From the NCBI GenBank assembly GCA_964035545.1, contig OZ037769.1, positions 14,662,633 through 14,726,632 of the forward strand: a stretch of DNA of 64,000 nt, in the 5' to 3' direction. The notes under the pieces are model-generated. The model was not told the DNA's origin, did not search any database, and saw only the letters and a list, made by a program, of their open reading frames with translations. The translations under genes and the position numbers were made by a program. Positions 1-11,872 of this stretch are shown here, piece after piece. This stretch comes from Bugula neritina (taxonomy: Eukaryota; Animalia; Bryozoa). Positions within the stretch are counted from its first letter, which is position 1; each line of letters begins with the position of its first letter.

Positions 1-1768
1 CAGAATATATAATTTCCTTTTAACTCAACTTATTTACTATTTTCAACAATTGAATATTAAGCCAGAATTCAGTTTATTAATTATTTTGTAAAAATTATAG
101 AATTCTATAATAGATTTACTAAAATAGAATATTCAATAATATAAAAATGACTGCACAAAAATTAATGACATCATAATTTTATGAAGTATATTAAAACTAA
201 AATATCACGAATAAATGTTTGTAATGTTTGGTTTTTATCCTTTAGCAAAAACTAGCATTTGATGTTTAATATTGATTTTAATGACTAAATATTTTGCAGG
301 CAGTCATTATAGTCAGAAAAACTGCTGATGTTGACATCAAATTATCCTTGAAGAATGTCAACCGAAGCTTTCCAGAATCTGATTGACCAAAACAGCATCA
401 TGAGTTTCGCTGTTTAAAAAATAATTATAAGCAAAATCTTGTGAGACAATCAGTAACAATTTCAATCCTGTTACAGTTACTACAGAGGCAATCCATTACA
501 GGAACACATGGTTTGTGTAATGAAACAAACTGAAAGTGTTATACATAACATTAAATAACAATTGTATATTGTGCGGTGGTGAATGCCAGTAGAAATGGTC
601 TGTCTAAATGTAGCCAAGATCTTATTGGCTGAGAAAAGTTTATTGCTAAACAGAGTATCTTATAGACTGCATACCCTAAGACAGTGACAGTTAAACCAGC
701 TGCAGCAGCTATTCCAACTTTCTTCATAGTGCTGAGATTTTACATGTTACTAACTAAACTGAGCTGAGCAAACATGTGTAAATGTATCAAAAATGTATTA
801 CAAAAATCATTTACATATTATAGGTATGCTATAGTTACCTCTTTTTTGCATGAATAAATGAATTGAATCAGTAGTTATAATCTTTATTGGCCATTTTTTC
901 AACTTCTAATAAGACTATTTTTTTTAGGATTTACTAAAAGGACTTAAAAAGAGAATGTTAATATGCTGATATTTCAAAAATTATTATTTCTTAAGAGATA
1001 TTTATTTTTATTGATTTGCAAGAAAAAGCTGTATTCAATTTTATTTGAGGAAATTTATCAGCATGTTTTTCTATCAACTCATTTTTGTGGGAAGACTCCA
1101 GACTGGTGTATCTCCTCTGGCAGAGTAGTGAATACATATACCTTTTAGTCATACATCTTGTCTACCAGCAATTACTGGTCTACCCTCTTCCCACAATCTC
1201 CAATGCAGTTGCTTTCTATTTAAGGCCTGCTCTGTATACACATTCACGGCCTAATTACCATTTATTTAATATATATGGGCATGTATAAAATATTCAAAAT
1301 AGTATTCAATGCTAAATGCTATTTACTGCATAATATGTAATACGAAAGTTGATGAATATTTTAGGCATGCCAAATATAGTGGTACTATTGCTGTTAGTCC
1401 CAATTATATTTTAATAGTTCGTATTTTATTGAGATGAACATCATTAGGTTTGATGGTCTATAGCTTGTCCTTTAGATTTATCTTGACTTTGATTAAAGTT
1501 GGTCAACTTGCTATTATACACTGCAAGCTTTCATTCTCTCGAAATAAATAATATTGTATTTAAAACAAATTAAATTTGAATATACTGTGAGGGTCATATT
1601 ATGAGAATCTTTTCAATGCATGTGTTGTTCAATTCCCCACCTCATAACATATAAACATCTACAATACACTCTCAGATTATATTTCGCAGTAAGTTATTAT
1701 ACTTTTTAAAAGTGCCACGTTTGTTGAATGTATATATATTATATATATGCAGGCCTTAAAACTTAATT
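1..1768 (+). other. Repeated unit X, copy 1 (partial; last intron and terminal exon); putative lncRNA or microprotein gene
   Basis: Homologous to about 3300-5280 and, reverse-complemented, to the matching parts of copies 3 and 4. Acceptor ttttgcag|gcag at 299/303 is conserved in all 4 copies. No long ORF. Confidence 0.55.
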
Positions 1769-1769
1769 T

Positions 1770-4700
1770 GATCTTTTTATTTAACACATTATAGAAAATT
1801 GTAATTAAACAACAGATATTTTTTTATTTCATGTTTCCAGTGTAAGTTGCATTACTTGTTTTTTTTCCAGATATAAAATAGTTAAATATTAAAAAACCAA
1901 TTCTCTTCAAAATTTTTCCTCGATATGGTCAGTATCAGATTTAAAAAATATTTCTAATGCAAACATAACAATTAGCATACCATAGTTTGCAGTTTTGATT
2001 TTTGCTGTTTCAGGTCTACAATGTCTAAAATACAAGCATTATTTTAAATCAGTATAAACCACATCATTATTCAAATTAAGTTAGATCTGATGGAAAGATG
2101 CAAAAACTGCCAATATTTAATAAAATTAAACTTCATTTGAAAACATAAACGATCTCTATAAAACCCAAGACTCTTCAATTGACTGCAGTAATGATTGCCT
2201 CAATGCATGCATATATACTACAATATGATAGCTTTTTAGACACAATTTTGAGTTTTCAGTTATTTTCAGCTTCAACTTAAATTTTGATGGCTATTCATGA
2301 TTATATTAAAATTATTTTGTATAATATATTATGATTATTTAGCATACTTTAAGTATCTATTTATGCTGACATTGTTTTTGATTATTGTCAGCATTTGAGT
2401 TATTTAAAAAATCTTCTCACAAAATAATGACATCACTATTACATATTTGAAGCCACTGTTTAGTCACAAATCTTTTTGCATGATAAGAAAACAGACATAA
2501 TTTTTGCAGACAGTTAACTCAGAGTTGGTTCACTTTCTGCTGAGTTTGTTTCTATAATGGTAAGTAAATGATGGTATAATATAATATGTTTTAACATATA
2601 ATATACTTAATTTCCACTTGTATACTGTATTTGGTCGTACATCAATCCTAAATGAATGAAATGAATTTTCAGCTCAATTAGTATTTAATTTATGTTTAAG
2701 TATTCTGATTAGATAAAATTATCTTTCCATCAGCATGTTTAAAATTAGTTTTGCATTGAAATTTACTCGTAATTTTACTGCAAGAAAATATTTGAATTCT
2801 TTACCTATATACAGATTTTATAGCAAGTGTTGCTGTAGCATCTTTCTCCATGCAAGAGAATTGATGTGACATCACCCAGAGATTCATTTTGATTTACATG
2901 GTTGAATGACTAGACTTTGAATTGTGTCTCCTTTCTCGTGCTTCGATCTCAGTCATGAGTGTAGCTTCTGGTAAGTGAGGGTTTTGTACAAACTTCATGT
3001 AAACAAGTTAACTGTAATTATTACTTTAGTTTAATATTATAATAGTCTGCTTGTATATGCAACATGGTCTAGACTCTAGTACAACTATATATATACTATT
3101 GCTTCTGCTGACCAATTTTACTGTAGTTTTCAACTTTTACTTGTTCGTTAGTATTTAAAATACCTATAAATAATACTAATGCATTTATTCCTGACATATT
3201 CAATTACTTTAGAGGAAAAATTATGGTAAACTAATTTACTCTATTTGCCTCAACTACTTGCTATAAGTGAAACATTCTTCTGAATGCTAACTCAACAGAA
3301 AATATAATTTCTTTTTAATTTAACTTTTTTACTTACATGTAATGAAATCAGTATGATTATCATTATTTACCATGCAAATGTTTTTTAAGCTTCACATCTA
3401 TATAAGATCATGTTAAAAGAAACTATAACAACCAGTTTGTTGAATTGAAAGTTTTCCTTAAGCTTTGGAACTATATCGAAAAATACTTTTAAACATATAA
3501 TAATGCTAATATATTATAGCTTTAGGTTTAGGAAGAAAACACTGCAATCTTTGAACAATTAACAATTAAGCCATAATTCAGTCGATTAAATATAATTATA
3601 AATATAGAAACCATAAAATTCAATAGCAAATTTACTAAACTAAAACATTCAACTATGGAAACAATGACTACACAAAAATTAATGACATCATAATTATATG
3701 AACTAAATTAAATTTGAAATCATTTATCGAAATAAAGGTTTGTAATTTTTTCCCTGCCTTAGCAAAAACTAGCATTTGATGTTTAATATTGATTTTAATG
3801 ACTGAATATTTTACAGGCAGCCATTATAGTCAGAAAAACTACTAATGTTGATATCAAATTATCTTTGAAGAATGTCAACAGAAACTATCCAAAATCTGAT
3901 TGACCACAACAGCATCATGGGGTTTCCTGTTTATAAACCATAAGGGACATCTTGTAAGACACGAAGTAACAATTTCAATCCTGTTACAGCTACTATAAAA
4001 ACACTTCATTACAGGAACACCAAGTTTCTGTAATTGAAACAAACTAACAGAGTTACATGACATTAAATAACATGTGTATATTCTGCGGTGGTGAATGCCA
4101 GTAGAAATGGTTTGTCTAAAAGTGCCCAAGATCTTATTGGCTGAGAAAAGTTTATTGCTAAAGAGAGTATCTTATAGACTGCATACCCTAAGACAGTGAC
4201 AGTTAAACCAGCTACAGCAGCTATTTCAACTTTCTTCATAGTGCTGATTTTGCATGTTATTAACTAAGCTGAGTTGAGCAAACATGTGCAAATGTATCAA
4301 AAATGTAATACAAAAATCTTTTACATATTATAGGTATGCTGTAATTATACCTCTTTTTTGCTTGAATTAATGAAATGAATCAGTAGTTATGATCTTTATT
4401 GGCCGATTTTTCAACTTCTAATAAGACTATTCTTTTTTATGATCTACTAAAGTGACTTAAAAAGAGAATGTTAATATGTTGATATTTCAAAAATTATTAT
4501 TTCTTAAGAGATATTTATTTTTATTGATTTGCAAGAAAAAGCTGTATTCAATTTTATTTGAGGAAATTTATCTGCATGTTTCTATCAACTCATTTTTGTG
4601 GGAAGACTCCAGACTGGTGTATCTCCTCTGGCAGAGTAGTGAATATATATATACCACTTAGTCATACATCTTGTCGGCCAGCAATTACCGGTCTACCCTC

Positions 4701-5280
4701 TTCCCACAATCTCTAATGCAGTTGCCTTTTATTTAAGGTCTGCTCTGTATACACATTCACAGTTTAACTAACATTCATTTGATATAAAATATTCAAAATA
4801 GTATTCAATGGTAAATGCTATTTACTGCCTAATATTTAATATAAAAATTGATTATTATTTTATGCATGCCAATAAGTGGTACTACATATTCTTGTTAGTC
4901 CCAAATATATTTTAATAGTTCGTACTTCATTAAAGTAAGCATCATATGGCTTTATGTACCATATTTTATCCTTAAGATTTATCTTGACTTTGATTAAATG
5001 TGGTGAAGTTTCTATATTACACTGCAAGCTTTCACTCTCTTATAATAATTATTGCATTTAAAACAAATTAAGTTTGAATATACTGTGAGGGTTATATATT
5101 ATGAAAAGCTTTTCAATGCATATGCTGTTCAATTCCCCACCTATAATAACATAAATAATAAACATCTACAATATACTCTCAGATTATATTATGTTATACT
5201 TTTAAATGTGTCACACATGTTGAGTGCATGTATATATAATTATATATATGCATGTTTTTAAACCTAATTTTAAAATTATT
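1770..5280 (+). other. Repeated unit X, copy 2 (most complete); putative spliced lncRNA or microprotein gene
   Basis: Splice-like signals shared with copies 3 and 4: donor gtaagt 1842, acceptor tttcag 2013, exon 2510-2559, 18-nt block 2953-2970 (tcATGAGTGTAGCTTCTG|gtaagt), terminal acceptor 3816/3820. Confidence 0.55.
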
Positions 5281-5537
5281 CAGACTTGTGTTCAGGCAAT
5301 ATTTTTATGAATTGCATCTAATAATGTTGAAACCTTATTCAATATCTGTATATGCATGTACCTTTTATTTATATAAAGAAAATATACATAGGCATAATTT
5401 ACTAATTTAAATACATTACTAAAGATATTTTTCCACAATACATATTGACCAAAACACTTCTCTCATTGTGCTAAAGTAATTTAGTGGTTAAAAGCTAAAA
5501 GCGATTCCAAATACATTAAACTACGAGGTTTGTCTGA

Positions 5538-6008
5538 CTAAATAATTGGCAAAACAGATATAATAATATTGCGAATTTTTTTAATCATATTACAGGTTTT
5601 AATGATACTTCTCCAATATGCAATGTTATATAATTTGATAGCTAAATTCGAACTGCCTCTACTTTCCCTAAAAGGCTGGCTACATAACTTACAATATTCT
5701 CTAGAGTGTACTTTCATGTGGTTAGTTAGATTTTGTTTTGTGGTAAAAGTCTTGCTGCAAGTTGCACATCTGTAAGGTTTTTCCTTAGTGTGTATCCTCA
5801 TATGAACCGGTAGATTTGATTTTGACTCAAAAGTATTGCCACAACTTTTACATATGTATGGCTTTTCTTCACTGTGAATTTTTGTATGACTTAATAGATG
5901 GCTTCTTTGTGTAAAAATCCTATCACACACTTTGCAATTGTATGGCTTTACTTCAGTGTGCATTTTTATATGAACAATTAGTTATTAGACCTTCTTTTTG
6001 TCTAAAAA
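5538..6008 (-). pseudogene. 5'-truncated C2H2 zinc-finger gene remnant (ZF-A), 3 complete fingers
   Basis: ORF 5538-5963 has 3 CxxC-x12-HxxxH fingers. It lacks the family N-terminal domain and first exon. Its 3' flank is homologous to that of ZF-D (47034-47460). Confidence 0.8.
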
Positions 6009-6752
6009 TTGCATTATTCATTTGTTATAAACATTTACTTCATTTATGTCTTACAGTTTTAACAGAATTTGTAATTTCTTCAATATGTAAACTAAAGATA
6101 AAAAACCACCGTTTTAACTAAGTAAATTGTAATTTTTCAGCCTTTAAAGTTGAATCTATTTGGTTAGAAAAATATATTCTATAGCATACATGGCATACAG
6201 ATAGTATATAATTATTATGCTACATAACATGCATTTTTGCACAAAGTTATATATAGATTAAATGAATTAAGACATAAAAACAATATACGCAATTGACAAA
6301 TGATAAAAAATACACAATTACTAATAATGACACTTAAGAATTCAGATGAATATAACTATAAACTGTCTAATTCAGTATTTAAAATGCAATTCTAAAAATA
6401 GTTTTCCATACTTTAATCAAACCTCTTACAACAATAGTCTAAATATTAAAGTAACTTTACATTAATGGGCTAAAAGTTATTCTAAATACATTAAACTACT
6501 CGGTTTGTCTCACTAAATGGTTGGTGATATATAGATATAACTCTGCTAAATATTTTTAATTAAATTTTTAGTTTTAATATGGTGTTTTATCTCAATATGC
6601 AATTAATTATATTCGATTATATACCTAAACTAAACTATTAACATTTGAATTGTGTTTAAAGTTATTCACAAACATACATTTGCATTTTCCATGCTGTGTT
6701 TTTATACAGTAGTCTGTCTGGTTTCTCTGAACATCTGGCCACATATTTCACA

Positions 6753-8178
6753 TTATTTTCTATAAGAGTGTACCTTTATGTGGTTAGTTAGATTTTGCTT
6801 TGTGGTATAAGTCTTCCCACAACTTTCACATCTGTAAGGTCTTTCTCCAGTGTGTATTCTCATATGACTCAAAAGATTGCTACTTTGTGTGAAAGTCTTG
6901 TCACATAATTTGCATTTGTATGGCTTTTCACCACTGTGTATTCTCATATGAGTGTTTAAATCTCCTTTTTGTATAAAAGCTTTACCACAACTATCACATT
7001 TGTGAGGTCTTTCTCCAGTGTGTTTTCTCATATGGACATTTAGAGCTCCTTTGTGACTAAAATTCTGGCTACATGTCTCACATCTGTATGGATTTTCTCC
7101 AGTATGAGTTCTCATATGAACAGTTAGTTGTGCTTTTTGTCTAAAGCTATTGTCACAAACTTTACATCTGTATGGGTTTTCTCCGCTGTGTATTCTCATA
7201 TGAACAGACAAACTACTTCTCTGTGTAAATGCTTTGTCACACTCTTCACATTTGTATGGCTTTTCCGAGGTGTGTTTCTTCACGGGGTTAGCTAGTTCAT
7301 CCCTGTTTCTGAAAATGGTGTTCCATGTTTGAAATTCATAAAAGTTTTGTTCATGGTTAATGTTCGTGTATTTAGGTAACTCCTGAGATTGTGAAACCTG
7401 TTTGCAATGATTTCTGTATGAGTCATTTTTTTCTAGCTCCATGCATATTTCAAAGCATTCTTCACACTTCGCACACCTTTTGGTCTCTCTACTATCTTCT
7501 TCTGTGTTAAGGCCACACAGCAAATAAACGAAGTCTTCCCCACATTCCCTACATCTTTTAACATGTTTATTGTTGTGCATTGTAAGATAGTTATTTGAAA
7601 CTGGCGTCTGTGAACAACCTTCTTCTTTTGTGTCATCTGCTTCAACTTTGAACTCTAAAAGAGAAGATTCCAGATTTTCACCTTTCTCTTTATTCTCAGA
7701 TGCAAAGTCTTGCTCTGGAATATTAATAGTAAACATTTACAACTTATTTAGATGAAATATATAAAACGGAGCAGCAGTGATCTAGGGGCTAAAGCGTTTG
7801 CTTTGTGAAAACTAAGTTATGGCTTTTAACCCTGACAAAGTCTATCGGTAATGTGAGGAAGAGCATCTGGTCATAATTGCTTTGGCGCCTCATTTAAAAA
7901 GTTTTTAGCCCGTTCCAACAAAAACCCTTTCCAACATGCGATTCTCACAGGGGTAGCGACTATAAACTTGTGTGAGCTTAATATATATACAGCAATTCAA
8001 GCAATGCGTGGGAAGATATAAAGACAAATAGATGTACATGCAAAAATTGTGTATAGGCCTACTCGAAGCTACCTGTAGAATTTGCTAAAACAAAATGTCT
8101 TGAGAGATTTTTAAATTGAATCAAATTGTTTTTTAAAAGGTAACAGAAGGCAACTCTTTACTCACCACTGATAGACAT
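6753..8178 (-). CDS. C2H2 zinc-finger protein ZF-B, 6 fingers; coding exons 8178-8166 and 7714-6753
   Basis: HTGEKPY-type linkers. Mini-exon ATGTCTATCAGTG|gtgagt splices in phase 1 to ttccag|AGCAAGAC, giving MSISEQDFASE... in frame. Confidence 0.92.
7767..7977 (+). mobile_element. tRNA-derived SINE (family 1) in the ZF-B intron, antisense to the gene
   Basis: Full-length similarity to the TSD-flanked copy at 21266-21479. Confidence 0.85.
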
Positions 8179-8514
8179 CTTGATATTTTAGTATTTCTAC
8201 TCAACCCTGATAAAATAATAAAATACTCTAAAACATATCATGTCCAATAAACAAAAGTACTAAATAAAAAGTGATAAAGCATTAGCAAACATTGGAAATC
8301 TAAAAGTAGAAAATTATAGCTTAAAAAGCCATCAAAATTGGTACTATATAGCAAAATGTAAAACACAAAATACAAAAAGTAAAGACTAGCTATTCGGTTG
8401 CTGAAAGCTTTGAGGATGAGAAAGTATTGGAAAAGCAGCAACTGATAGACATGTCTTATAAATTATTGCTTGAAATTTAATCCTAATGTTTGTGCAACTG
8501 GGCTGATATACATA

Positions 8515-8515
<1 letters not shown>

Positions 8516-8564
<49 letters not shown>
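8516..8564. repeat. (TA)n microsatellite
   Basis: Seen directly. Confidence 0.95.
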
Positions 8565-8568
<4 letters not shown>

Positions 8569-10434
8569 ATCTTATCATCACCATGCAAGAACTTATAGAT
8601 TAAATATATATAATACATTATTCAAAGTAGCAATTTGGGCTTTAATAAAACATTTAAAAAACCTACATTGAACAATAAAGGCAAACCTTTATGTTTTTTC
8701 ATCTTATTTCAACACTTAAAAAATAATATTTAATATAACTTGACATTAAAAAAGATTTTTGATCAGTAGCAGATGTCTATGAAGCTTACCCTGGGAGTTC
8801 ACCTTAAAAATCAACTAAGTTCTAAAACTACTTTTGTGAATAAATAACTTTTGGTGCCTATTTAATATATCTTATAGTTTATTACAATCTATTAGTAAAA
8901 TAAGTAAAAAAAATTTTTCTAAATCAATCATGATATTGAATTGTAGCTGATTATAAAAATGTGAGAAAAACAAATTTAAATAACAATCCAAAAGTATAGA
9001 ACCTAAATTTGTATATAATTTTAATATGTGTATGAGTTGTCAAATATAATTATTTTTATAATATATAATAAAAATTATCAAAATAAAATGTATCAAACCA
9101 TAAGATCGTGCAGGTCAAAAGTCAAAGGTCAAAAGAATGTAAATTCTGCATGTAAAAGAAAATAATAATTTCCTAATAAATAAATAATAAATAATAAAAT
9201 AATAAATGATAAAATAATAAATGATAAAATAATTAATAAAAAAATAAATTTAACTTAGCAAAAAAGCTTAGCTAGATTATAATAATAAATTATAATAAAT
9301 TAATTGAATGCTGTATTTTACTATGTTAAGAAAGTCATGAGTCTATATGTATGATTTGATGCTAGTCATTATTGTTTTACTATGCAACCACTTTAATATA
9401 CTTTTCATTAGAAAACTGGCACATATATTATACTATGAGCAGCGAATTTAGAATGCATGCTAGTATAGATCCATCATCAAAATTTGAACTGATAATTTGC
9501 TCTATGCTTTTCTGAGATATTTTTATCAGGGTTAGCCTAAATAAAAATCATTTACTCAAAAAGACTTCAAATATTAGCTTTCATGTAGCATACTCCACAG
9601 AAATTTAAAGCTGTTCATTGTCCTTTAAATTTTAGCTCTATAATGATATTTTGCTCTTAATTCTTGAACATTTAATTATTATGTTTTTTAATGTTTCTTC
9701 AAAGCCTATTTATAATGCACTTCTTCACATATATGTGTCATTTTACTTATAGTGCTGTAATTTATACATTTATATTAACATTTTTTATATAATATATAGG
9801 GTAAACTGTTTCTGTTAAATCATTCATAAAGATTTAAAGACTACCATGAAAGCTGTTGCTACTAAAATTATAAATATTATGTAATGCTATTTCTTGCATT
9901 ATTACTTCACTTTATAGTACACTTTGAATATAAAACATCTTTGCAAAAAATTATATAGATTTATTCCATTAAGACATTAGAACAGTATTATATGTGCAGT
10001 TTATTTATTAAATATAAGAATGATGAAAAGTATACAATCACTTAAGAATTCAGATGAATAACTATAAACTGTCTGATTTAGTATTGATAATACATTTCTA
10101 AAAATAGTTTTACATACTTTAATCAAACATCTTAAAACAATAGTCTAAATATTAAAGTAACTTTACATTATTGGGCTAAAAGTTATTCTGAATACATTAA
10201 ACTATTCCGTCTGTTTCACTAAATGGTTGGTATAACAAATAAAACTTTGCTAAATGTTTTTAATTATATTTCATGTTTAAATAGTGTTTTATCTCAATAT
10301 GCAATTTTATATTATTGTATTTAAATTAGAATTGCAACTTACAGTGTCTACAAGTTTACATTTGAATTTTCTATGCTGTGCCTTCATATAACCGGCTGTC
10401 TGCTTTCTCTGAACATCTGGCCACATATTTCACA

Positions 10435-11872
10435 TTATTCTCTAGAGTGTACTTTCATGTGGTTAGTTAGATAGTGTTTTCTGGTATAAGTCTTGCTACA
10501 TTCTGCACATTTGTATGGCTTTTCTCCAGTATGAGTTCTCATATGAACAATTAGATCTCCTTTTTGTCTAAAATTTTTACCACAATTTTCACATCTGTAA
10601 GGCTTTTCTCCACTGTGAATTCTTATATGACGGAATAGATTGCTACTTTGTGTGAAAGTTTTGTCACATAAATTGCATTTGTATGGCTTTTCACCACTGT
10701 GTATTCTCATATGAGTGTTTAGACCTCCTTTTCGTATAAAAGTTTTACCGCAACTATCACATTTGTAAGGCTTTTCCCCAGTGTGTATCCTCATATGAGC
10801 AATTAGAGCCCCTTTTTGACTAAATGTCTGGCCACATGTTTCACACCTGCAAAGGTTCTCTCTACTATGTATTCTCATATGAACAGATAAACTACTTTTC
10901 TGTGTATATGCTTTGTCACACTTTTCACATTTGTATGGCTTTTCCAAGTTGTGTTTTTTCACGGAATTAAAAGTTAGTTCCTCCCTATTTTTGAAAGTAG
11001 TATGTGATGTTTGAAATTCATAAAAGTTTTCTTCATAGCTAATGTTCATGTATTCAGGTAACTCCTGAGATTGTGAAACCTGTTTGCAATAATTTCTGTA
11101 TGAATCATTTTTGTCTAGCTCCACGCATGTTTTAAAGTGTTCTTCACACTTTGCACACCTTTCAGGCTCTCTACTATCTTCTTCTGTGTCAAGGCCAAAC
11201 AACAAATAAGTGAAGGCTTCCCCACACTCACTACAACTTTTAACATTCTCATTGCTGTGCATTGTAGGATAGTTATTTGAAACTGACGTCTGTGAACAAC
11301 CTTCTTCTTTTGTGTCATCTGCTTCAATTTTAAACTCTAAAAGAGGAGATTCCAAATTCTCACCTCTCTCTCTATTTTTAGATGCTGATTCTTGCTCTGC
11401 AATATTTTTATCAAAACTTTACAGTTTAGTTTAATAAAATATGAAAGGGATCAGCAGCAGTGGTCTATAGGGGTTAAAGCGTTTGCTTATTCTTGAACAA
11501 GAAGTCATGGTTTTGAATCTTGTCAAAGGCCATTGGTGATCATGTTAGGAAGAGCATCTAGTCATAATTGCTCTTGTTATTCATTTAAACAAGTTTTTAG
11601 CTCGTTCTAACAAGACCCTTTTCCAACATGGGATTCTTACGGGGATAGCGACTATAAACTTGTGTGAGCTTAAAATATAAAAGTGGCGGTATATATACAG
11701 CAGTTCAGGCAATGCATGGGGAGATAAAAGTAAATAAATGCAAAAATTGTAAGCTAAAAGCAACTTTTAAAATTTACTAAAACAAAATATTCTAACATAT
11801 TTATAAATGCAATCAAATTGTTTTATAAAAAGCAACAGAAGGCAACTTTTTATACTCACCGCTCATAGACAT
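10435..11872 (-). CDS. C2H2 zinc-finger protein ZF-C, 6 fingers; coding exons 11872-11860 and 11396-10435
   Basis: ATGTCTATGAGCG|gtgagt joins ttgcag|AGCAAGAA, giving [22 protein letters not shown]..., in frame with ORF 10435-11355. Confidence 0.92.
11447..11670 (+). mobile_element. tRNA-derived SINE (family 1) in the ZF-C intron
   Basis: Same family and same intronic position as in the other ZF copies. Confidence 0.85.

Noticed and set aside
300-425. Selenoprotein-like reading of X (TGC TGA TGT TGA = CUCU) with a downstream hairpin as SECIS
   Set aside because: Copies 2 and 4 have TAA/TAG in that frame, and the hairpin lacks the AUGA/GA SECIS core.
963-1288. ORFs MLIFQKLL... and MWEDSRLV... 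in X copies
   Set aside because: Frames differ between copies because of indels; conservation there is better explained by the RNA hairpin.
3875-4129. 84-91-aa ORFs (..TFRQTISTGIHHRR..) in X copies 2 and 3
   Set aside because: Frameshifted in copies 1 and 4; TTG starts.
7433-7645. Recurrent ~70-aa MKQMTQKK... ORFs (also 11115, 51791, 55520, 62743)
   Set aside because: Alternative frame of the ZF N-terminal exon; conservation follows from the main frame, and this frame is closed by a stop in ZF-D.
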